A stretch of 59,267 nt of DNA from Hyphomicrobiales bacterium (lineage in GTDB: Bacteria > Pseudomonadota > Alphaproteobacteria > Rhizobiales > Beijerinckiaceae): assembly GCA_019246665.1 (NCBI GenBank), contig JAFAQA010000524.1, forward strand, positions 1 to 59,267, written 5' to 3'. Below, in pieces: positions 38,492-45,348 of the stretch. A program made the position numbers and the translations under genes. The stretch's first letter is position 1. Every line of letters starts with the position of its first letter. The notes under the pieces were generated by a model that worked only from the letters and a program-made list of their open reading frames with translations, was not told where the DNA came from and did no database searches.

Positions 38492-39600
38492 GCGGGCTTC
38501 TCGCGCGCCAGCTCGAGAACGTGAGCGCAGATGCTGTCCAACGATCCGCCGTCGCCCAATTCGTCGAGGAAGGGCCAGACCGCAGCGAGGCCGGCCGTGC
38601 GGGGCTCGAAATTTTTATCGCCGGCGAGCGGTGTCAGCCAGACGGTGCGCCAAGCGATGCGGGATAGATGCGCCACCGCCTCACGCATCGCGCTTGGATC
38701 ACCTCGCTCGAGCCCGTCCGAAAGCACGACCAGCGCTGCTCCGCGCGCCAGCGCAGCGAAGCGAGGAATGCCCAGAAATGCGCCGAGCGCCTCGCCGATA
38801 CGGGTGCCGCCGTCCCAGTCGGCCACAAGATTAGAGGCGCTGGCGAGGGCCCGTTGGCGATTGCGCTGGCGCAGCGCCCGGGTGACGCGCGTAAGCCTCG
38901 TGCCGATCGTGAATACCTCCGCTGAGTCAGCGGCGCGCGCAAGCGCGTGCGCAAAGGCAAGGTGCGTGTGGGTGCGCTCCTTCATCGAGCCCGAAATATC
39001 GACGAGCAGCACGATGCGGCGCTGGCGCATCCGGCGCTTGCGGCGCCGCAGCCGCACGAATTCGCCGGCGGTTCGCATGGCATCGCGAAACATCCGCCGC
39101 GCGTCGGCGCCTGGTCCCCGAGGCGCGCCGCGCCAGCGGTAGCCGCGTCGTCGGGGCGCATGGGCCGGCAGTGCGCGGCTGAAACGGCGCAATATTTCGA
39201 GTTCGCCGCCAGGGCTGAAGCGCCGCGCGGCGAGTCTTTCGGCGCCAGTGGGCTTTTCCCCGGACTCATGGGTCTCGTTCCCGAAGATCGGCTCGGGGCC
39301 GCCGGAGGAATCATCGGCCGCACGGATCGATACGTCCTCGCTCGGTGCCGATTCCACCGCAATCCCGAGCGTTCCAAGAAAATGACCGTCGAACAGAGCG
39401 TCGAATTCGTTGAGGCGCTCAGGCGGGGGAGCCAAAGTTGCACGGGCAGCGCGTCGGAGGTCGCCGATCTCCGTAGGTCCGAGAAGTTCGATCCCGGCGA
39501 GCCAAGCCATGCTTTGCTCTGGCGCGACGAAAAATCCCGCCCGCCGCAGCAACGAGGGAAAGCCGAGGAGGTGCACCAGGGGCACGCTTGTGTCCATCAT
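38488..39600 (-). CDS. VWA domain protein, CoxE-like
   Basis: MIDAS DISGSM, GTRLTRVT, DWDGGTRIG and LSDGLERG; ATGA overlap with the MoxR stop. Confidence 0.9.
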   Translation of the reverse strand: MMDTSVPLVHLLGFPSLLRRAGFFVAPEQSMAWLAGIELLGPTEIGDLRRAARATLAPPPERLNEFDALFDGHFLGTLGIAVESAPSEDVSIRAADDSSGGPEPIFGNETHESGEKPTGAERLAARRFSPGGELEILRRFSRALPAHAPRRRGYRWRGAPRGPGADARRMFRDAMRTAGEFVRLRRRKRRMRQRRIVLLVDISGSMKERTHTHLAFAHALARAADSAEVFTIGTRLTRVTRALRQRNRQRALASASNLVADWDGGTRIGEALGAFLGIPRFAALARGAALVVLSDGLERGDPSAMREAVAHLSRIAWRTVWLTPLAGDKNFEPRTAGLAAVWPFLDELGDGGSLDSICAHVLELAREKPA

Positions 39601-40484
39601 GCTCCAGCCTCGACGAGAATGGAGTCGAGCTTCGGAGCCACCTGCACGAGGTCGTCCTCGTCCTTGAGAACGACACCGAGCGAGCGACGGAAAGCCTCCG
39701 GCCAACGTGCTCCTTGCTCATTGAGAAGCGTTGCGGCCTCGGCCCATTCCACCGCTTCCGCGATGCCGGGATGCTTGGCTAGCGGCTCGCGCCGCAATCG
39801 TCCCACCGCCGCGACAACGGCGCGCGCCGCTTTCTCCGCAACGCCTGATGCCCGCATCATGATGATCCGCATTTCGCGTTCGGGTGCCGGATATTCGATC
39901 CAGTGATAGACGCAGCGGCGTCGCAAGGCTTCGTGCAGCTCGCGAGTGCGATTTGACGTGAGGATCACGACCGGGCGCTCGTAGGCACGAATGGCGCCGC
40001 GCTCGGGGATCGAAATCTGAAAATCTGAGAGAAACTCGAGAAGAAAAGCCTCGAACTCGTGATCCGAACGGTCGATCTCGTCGATGAGGAGGACGGTCTC
40101 TTCCGGATGCCTCAGGCAGGCGAGCATTGGCCGCTCGATCAGGAACTCGTCGCGATAGATATCGACGGAGGCGCCCTCGGCACTCTCTTGGCGCAGCGCC
40201 AGCATCTGGCGGGGAAAGTTCCACTCGTAAAGCGCCGCCGCCGCGTCGATCCCCTCGTAGCACTGCAGGCGCAGGAGTCTGCGGCCAAGCACGCCCGCAA
40301 TCGCTTTGGCGGCTTCCGTCTTGCCGACGCCGGGCGCGCCTTCGAGGAGCAATGGTTTTCCGAGCGCGAGCGCGAGATATGCGGCAGTCGAGAGCTCTTC
40401 GTCCGAGAGATAATAGGCAGCGCGCAAGGCCTGCTCGAGATCGTGCGGGCTGCCAATGCCGACAATGGTACGTCGTACCGCCAC
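39597..40484 (-). CDS. MoxR AAA+ ATPase, CoxD-like
   Basis: GAPGVGKT, RLQCYEG, LLIDEID and TSNRTRELHEALRRRC motifs. Confidence 0.92.
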   Translation of the reverse strand: MAVRRTIVGIGSPHDLEQALRAAYYLSDEELSTAAYLALALGKPLLLEGAPGVGKTEAAKAIAGVLGRRLLRLQCYEGIDAAAALYEWNFPRQMLALRQESAEGASVDIYRDEFLIERPMLACLRHPEETVLLIDEIDRSDHEFEAFLLEFLSDFQISIPERGAIRAYERPVVILTSNRTRELHEALRRRCVYHWIEYPAPEREMRIIMMRASGVAEKAARAVVAAVGRLRREPLAKHPGIAEAVEWAEAATLLNEQGARWPEAFRRSLGVVLKDEDDLVQVAPKLDSILVEAGA

Positions 40485-40489
40485 GATCG

Positions 40490-41515
40490 CTACCGCACGC
40501 GCGGGGGCGCTTCGGGTCGACCCCGGACTTTCAACGCCCTCAGGACCTTCTCTGGCGTGATCGGCAGCTCATCGATGCGCACGCCGACGGCGTCATAGAT
40601 CGCGTTGGCGATCGCCGGAAGCGAAGGATTGGCGCACATCTCGCCCGGACCTTTGGCTCCGAACGGCCCGTCGGGCGCTGGTCGTTCGAGCACGACGATG
40701 TCGTGGGGGCAAATATCGCCGGGACCTGGCATCAGATATTCGTTAAAATCACGCGGCCCCTCGCGTGTGTCCGGATAATAGGGTTCTGGCGTCTCGAAGA
40801 GCGCGTGGCTCATGCCCATCCACGAGCCGCCAACCAGCTGTTGCTCGACCAGCTTTGGGTTGATCGCGCGCCCCAGTTCATAGGCGCTGGTCATCTTGAG
40901 CACGGTAACCTCGCCCGTCTCATCGTCGACTTCAAGGTCGACGATCTGGCAGGCGTGGGCGTAGCAGGTTGCCGGCGACATCTCGCCGGTTTCCGGATTG
41001 ACGTCCGAGAGCGGCACCAGGAAAATGCCGCGTCCGGAGATCGTCTTCCCTTGCCGGAATTGTGCCGCGATAGCGACATCTCGAACTGAAATCGCACGAT
41101 GCGGTGCGCCCTTCACGTGGATCGAGCCGCGTCCATCGGTTTCGAGATCACCGGGGTCGACTTCGAGCTCCTCGGCGGCCGCTTCCATCATCACCGCTCG
41201 CGCCTCGCGAGCCGCGGCCATGACCGCATTGCCGACCCGATGCGTGCCGCGAGAAGCGAAAGAGCCCATGCAATGGGGCCCCGTGTCGGAATCGGCAGTG
41301 TCCACGTAGACATCCTCGACCGGAATGCCGAGTGTCTCCGCGCAAATCTGCCGCGTCACCGATTTCATCCCCTGTCCAAGATCGATCGAAGAAAGCGCGA
41401 CCGTGAATTTTCCGGTCGGGTTGGAGTGGACCAGCGCTTGGCTCGGATCGCCGCCGAGATTCATGCCGATCGGGTAATTGATGGTCGCGACGCCGCGCCC
41501 GCGATGCCTGGCCAT
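40490..41515 (-). CDS. Molybdenum hydroxylase Mo-binding subunit, C-terminal half (NdhM-like)
   Basis: RGRGVA start, DLGQG, GSFASR, INP..VEQQ..GG and GPFGAKGPGE (catalytic Glu). Confidence 0.9.
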   Translation of the reverse strand: MARHRGRGVATINYPIGMNLGGDPSQALVHSNPTGKFTVALSSIDLGQGMKSVTRQICAETLGIPVEDVYVDTADSDTGPHCMGSFASRGTHRVGNAVMAAAREARAVMMEAAAEELEVDPGDLETDGRGSIHVKGAPHRAISVRDVAIAAQFRQGKTISGRGIFLVPLSDVNPETGEMSPATCYAHACQIVDLEVDDETGEVTVLKMTSAYELGRAINPKLVEQQLVGGSWMGMSHALFETPEPYYPDTREGPRDFNEYLMPGPGDICPHDIVVLERPAPDGPFGAKGPGEMCANPSLPAIANAIYDAVGVRIDELPITPEKVLRALKVRGRPEAPPRVR

Positions 41516-41517
41516 TC

Positions 41518-43104
41518 TCAACGTCTCCTGGTGCCAAAAACGGATGAAAATCGTCGCACGCCGTGCGTCGACCCGGCGGGTGGCGTTGCCGGAGGTGTCG
41601 ATTGGATCGGCGGCGGAGAGGTGGAACCGGCAGGCCGCTCATAGGTGACGCGCTGCGGGGCACTAGTCCCCGTTCGGACGGGCGCGGCAGGGGTGGACAT
41701 ACGCGTGCGATCGGCGACCCCGGCGCGCTCCGCACCGCCGTCTTTCTTCGACGACATCTTGCGGAATTCGTCGCGGAGCGGCCAATTGGCCTTTTCCGCC
41801 GCGACCTGCGCGCATTCTATGAGCGCGCAATTCTTGGCCTCGCGCCGATGGGCTTTCATATCCCCGTCGCGGTAGGCGTTGAGGAGGCGGAACTCCAATG
41901 GATCCATGCCGATCGCGACGGCGTCCTTGTCCATTTGGCATTCAAGCGCGAAGTCGAGCGCGGTAACGCCAAAGCCGCGCATTGCCGTGGCCGGTGTCCG
42001 GTTGGTGAAGACGCAGAAGACATCCGCATGCACATTGGGGATGGTGTAGGGCCCGGGAATATGGGCCACGCATTTCACGACCGCGTAGCTCGAAAGGCGC
42101 GTGTAGGCACCCGCGTCGAAATAGGCCCGTACCTGTCGCGCGACGATCCGCCCATCGCGCATGACACCATCCTTGACGTAGATGCGCTCGGCGCCCCGCG
42201 GCGAGCCGAACTGCATCTCTTCGTGCCGGCTCAGCCGATAACGCACGGGCGCGCCGGTGAGGCGGGCGGCCAAGATGGCAAGCGGCTCGGTGAGCGTATC
42301 CACCTTGCCGCCAAACCCGCCGCCCACGGTGCCGCCAATGAAATGCAGCTGGTTCGACGGCATTGCGTTGATCTTGGCGGAGGTGTCGAGCGAGAAGAAC
42401 AGTGCCTGCGTGGACGTGTAGACGGTGAAGCGGCCATTGGTGTCCGGCACCGCGATCGAGCCGTTGGTCTCGGTTGGTGCGTGCTCGATCGGCGACATCT
42501 GGTAGCGTTCTTCAGAAACGAAGTCCGCCTGCGCGAACGCCTGCTCGACCGCCCCGAAGCGCAGTTTCTGGTGGTCGTATTTGCCGTGGTATTCGAAAGT
42601 GTTCTTCGGATATACCGGGTTGACGGACACTGCGCCCGGCTTCAGCGCCTCCTCGACATCGAACACCGCCGGCAGTGGATCGTAGGAGATGCGCACAAGC
42701 TCCAACGCCTCGCGCGCCGCGCGTTCGCTGGTCGCGACGACGCCGAGAATGGGTTCGCCCTTGTAGCGCACGACGTCCGTCGCAAGCGACGGCTCGTCAT
42801 CCTTGCCGAATTGAATGAGGCTCAGCAGCGTGTTTAGGTTGACCGGCACGTCGGCGGCGCGAATGATGCGCTTGACGCCCGGCGCGCGCGAGGCTGCGGC
42901 GTCGTCGATCGAGCGAATCCGCGCATGCGCGTGCGGGCTCCGCAGGATTTTCAGGTGGAGCAGATTGGCGAAGCGATGATCGTCGTAGTAAGCCGAAGTT
43001 CCGGTGACATGTCCGAGCATGTCCTGGCGCTGTGTAGGCTGTCCGACTTCTTTCAGATTATCGGCGCGTTCGTCAGCAAATATATCCTTGCGCATCTCGA
43101 GCAT
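41518..43104 (-). CDS. Molybdenum hydroxylase Mo-binding subunit, N-terminal half (NdhL-like), with Pro-rich C-terminal tail
   Basis: VTG...Y.DD, RSPHAHA.I, GGGFGGK, GPY.IPN and AMRGFG, followed by a ~80-aa low-complexity tail. Confidence 0.9.
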   Translation of the reverse strand: MLEMRKDIFADERADNLKEVGQPTQRQDMLGHVTGTSAYYDDHRFANLLHLKILRSPHAHARIRSIDDAAASRAPGVKRIIRAADVPVNLNTLLSLIQFGKDDEPSLATDVVRYKGEPILGVVATSERAAREALELVRISYDPLPAVFDVEEALKPGAVSVNPVYPKNTFEYHGKYDHQKLRFGAVEQAFAQADFVSEERYQMSPIEHAPTETNGSIAVPDTNGRFTVYTSTQALFFSLDTSAKINAMPSNQLHFIGGTVGGGFGGKVDTLTEPLAILAARLTGAPVRYRLSRHEEMQFGSPRGAERIYVKDGVMRDGRIVARQVRAYFDAGAYTRLSSYAVVKCVAHIPGPYTIPNVHADVFCVFTNRTPATAMRGFGVTALDFALECQMDKDAVAIGMDPLEFRLLNAYRDGDMKAHRREAKNCALIECAQVAAEKANWPLRDEFRKMSSKKDGGAERAGVADRTRMSTPAAPVRTGTSAPQRVTYERPAGSTSPPPIQSTPPATPPAGSTHGVRRFSSVFGTRRR

Positions 43105-43115
43105 GACAATTCCCT

Positions 43116-43592
43116 TCAACTACGCCGAGGGGCAGCGCGGGCCGCATCGAGGACCGCGGCGATGATCGGCTCATAGCCGGTGCAGCGGCAAATGTTTCCG
43201 CAAATCGCATCGACGACGTTCTCACGTGTCGGGTTTGGCTCCCGATCAAGGAGGGCTTTCGCCGCCATCAGCATGCCCGGCGTGCAATAGCCGCACTGGG
43301 CCGCGAAGCGTTCCATGAAGGCGGTCTGCAGAGGGTGCAATTTTGCACCTTGGCGAAGCCCGGCAACTGTCTCGATGGACTTGCCTTCGCAACTTTCGGC
43401 GAGGGTCACGCAGGAAAGTCGCGGCATGCCGTCGACCAGAACCGTGCAGGTACCGCAGGTGCCCTGCCAACAACCGCCTTTGACCGAAAGGTCACCGATT
43501 CCCTCCCGCAGCACATCGAGCAGGTTGGAGCCGCTATCGGCGAAGGTGGCGACCTCTTCGTCATTCAGGCGGAACTGGATCGAAGTCTTCAT
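43116..43592 (-). CDS. Molybdenum hydroxylase 2x[2Fe-2S] subunit
   Basis: GCWQGTCGTCTV, QCGYCTPG and GNICRCTGY. Start reassigned to MKTSIQF. Confidence 0.93.
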   Translation of the reverse strand: MKTSIQFRLNDEEVATFADSGSNLLDVLREGIGDLSVKGGCWQGTCGTCTVLVDGMPRLSCVTLAESCEGKSIETVAGLRQGAKLHPLQTAFMERFAAQCGYCTPGMLMAAKALLDREPNPTRENVVDAICGNICRCTGYEPIIAAVLDAARAAPRRS

Positions 43593-43599
43593 CGGCGGC

Positions 43600-44418
43600 T
43601 CACGAGCGCCCCGCGCCGAGGAGCAGCCGGCGCAAATGGATGGGAAGAATCTCGCGCCGCCACCAGGCGCTGGCGATGGCGTCGTCAAGTGGGGATGTGC
43701 CGTCGGCCGCGACGGCGAGAGCGGGTGCGATGGCGTTGTCTTCGAGCGGACGCCCTTCGAGAGCGCGCTCAGCCGCTTTGGCGCGCAGGGGCATCCGGCC
43801 CATGGCCCCGTACGCAATGCGCGGGCCCGCAATTCGACCGTTCGCGAGGGGCAATTGCGCGGCGATCGCAAGAACCGACAAGCCCTTGGGATGCACACGG
43901 GTGACCTTCGTAAACCGGAACACCTCATTCGCGGGCCGTTTGAAAGCAATGCTCGATACGAGCGAAGCTCCGCGTTCGCGTCGCCCAAGGAACTCTTCGA
44001 GCGACAACTCGCGCTGACCGTAGCCACCGGCGAGCGTCACTGTCGCGTCGAGCGCAAGCAGGGCCGAGGCGAAATCGCCATAGGGGCTCGGTGCGAACAA
44101 GTTGCCCCCGATAGTAGCCGCTTCGCGTACTGCCGGCCCGCCGACAGCTCGTGCCACCGGGTGCAGAAACGCGAGTTCGCGCTCGCCAAGAATAGCGGCC
44201 ATCGTCACGCCGGCACCAAGCTCGACGCGACCCGAAGTCACCGCGATGCCGACGAAGCTCGGATCCGTCGAGCGGACGAGCGTTTCAATCGAAGGCTCAG
44301 CTTCGTTGACAGCGCGCATGACGAGCGTGCCACCCGCGAGAAAGCGCGCGCCGCGTTCGGTCGAGAGGGCGCTGGCAGCCTCGGCCAAACGGGCGAAGGT
44401 CTTCACAGCGATGGTCAC
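43600..44418 (-). CDS. Molybdenum hydroxylase FAD-binding subunit (CoxM/NdhF-like)
   Basis: LAGGT, VGGPAVR.AATIGGN and ALLALDA motifs. Confidence 0.9.
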   Translation of the reverse strand: MTIAVKTFARLAEAASALSTERGARFLAGGTLVMRAVNEAEPSIETLVRSTDPSFVGIAVTSGRVELGAGVTMAAILGERELAFLHPVARAVGGPAVREAATIGGNLFAPSPYGDFASALLALDATVTLAGGYGQRELSLEEFLGRRERGASLVSSIAFKRPANEVFRFTKVTRVHPKGLSVLAIAAQLPLANGRIAGPRIAYGAMGRMPLRAKAAERALEGRPLEDNAIAPALAVAADGTSPLDDAIASAWWRREILPIHLRRLLLGAGRS

Positions 44419-44873
44419 GGGCGGCCCTCCCCGGCCATCCCTGCGAAGTGGGCGCGGACGGCCGCGAATCCCGCGTCGTAGATGTCAATCCCGATCATCC
44501 GCGTCATTTCCTCTTCCTCACCCATGCGCGTTGAAAATGAGCAGCGCCATTCCCAGAAGGTCCGGTCTCCGTCGGTGACCGGAGCGAGGCGCACATGCGC
44601 CACGTAATTGAACAAGGGAACCGGCGTGTCTAACAGGCAGTAGGAGAAGCTCTGCTCGAGATCGGAGAGGCTCAGCAGCCGTTCGCGCAGCTCCGATCCG
44701 TCGCGCAGGAAGAAGCGTCGAATGCAGCCAAGCTTGTCTGCGCTTTGCCCGCGCTCGATCGCGCTCTTGGCGACGGCGGGATGCCATCGGTCATGGCCAT
44801 TGAAATCTCGCAAGAAGAGCCAGACGCGATCGGTCGGGGCCTCGATAATCGTCGAGCGCACGAGACGGATCAT
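44415..44873 (-). CDS. SRPBCC (START/polyketide cyclase-like) protein
   Basis: S.II.AP...VW..LRDFN....WHP, GC.R.F.L.DG...RE.LL.LSD; paralog of the adjacent gene. Confidence 0.88.
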   Translation of the reverse strand: MIRLVRSTIIEAPTDRVWLFLRDFNGHDRWHPAVAKSAIERGQSADKLGCIRRFFLRDGSELRERLLSLSDLEQSFSYCLLDTPVPLFNYVAHVRLAPVTDGDRTFWEWRCSFSTRMGEEEEMTRMIGIDIYDAGFAAVRAHFAGMAGEGRP

Positions 44874-44877
44874 AGCC

Positions 44878-45315
44878 TCAGCCTCCAAACTGGCGCTTGA
44901 GAGCATCGAAGCCCCCCTGGAACACACCCCCGCCGATCGACGACATCAAATCGGCCTCGCGCTCCGGCGGGCAGTCGAACTCCGCCGTCCACTCGACAAA
45001 GGTGCGGTCGCCGTCGGTGATCGGGGTGAGGCGAAGCGTGGCCACGTAGTTCTCGACGCCCATTGGCGATTCCAGGATCGAATACGTACAGAACAAATCG
45101 AAATCGGAGAGTCCGAGGAGCCTCTCCCGGATGCGATCGCCATTGCGCAGGCGAAAATCGCGCACGCATCCGACCTTGTCCGCAGGTTCGCCATTCTCGA
45201 TGCGGCTCTCCGCGATCCCAGGATGCCACAAGGGAAGCGCATTGAAATCGCGAACTCGCGCCCAAACGCGGTCGGAACGGCTGTTGATGACGCTCGAGAC
45301 GTAGACGCGGGGCAT
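44878..45315 (-). CDS. SRPBCC (START/polyketide cyclase-like) protein
   Basis: VW..VRDFN.LP.WHP, GCVRDF.L..G..IRE.LL.LSD and TFVEWTAEF motifs. Confidence 0.88.
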   Translation of the reverse strand: MPRVYVSSVINSRSDRVWARVRDFNALPLWHPGIAESRIENGEPADKVGCVRDFRLRNGDRIRERLLGLSDFDLFCTYSILESPMGVENYVATLRLTPITDGDRTFVEWTAEFDCPPEREADLMSSIGGGVFQGGFDALKRQFGG

Positions 45316-45348
45316 CGTGAACTTCCTTGCTCCGTTCGCGGGACGTTT

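Noticed and set aside
41563-42837. Long antisense or alternate-frame ORFs (also 14325-15812, 35161-36324, 49109-50449, 23974-25395)
   Set aside because: They shadow well-supported genes in high-GC DNA, are Arg/Ala/Gly-rich and show no family motifs.
38488-44418. Aerobic CO dehydrogenase (cox) cluster
   Set aside because: The large subunit is split and has AMRGFG rather than the AYxCSFR signature. Only the accessory genes resemble coxD/coxE.
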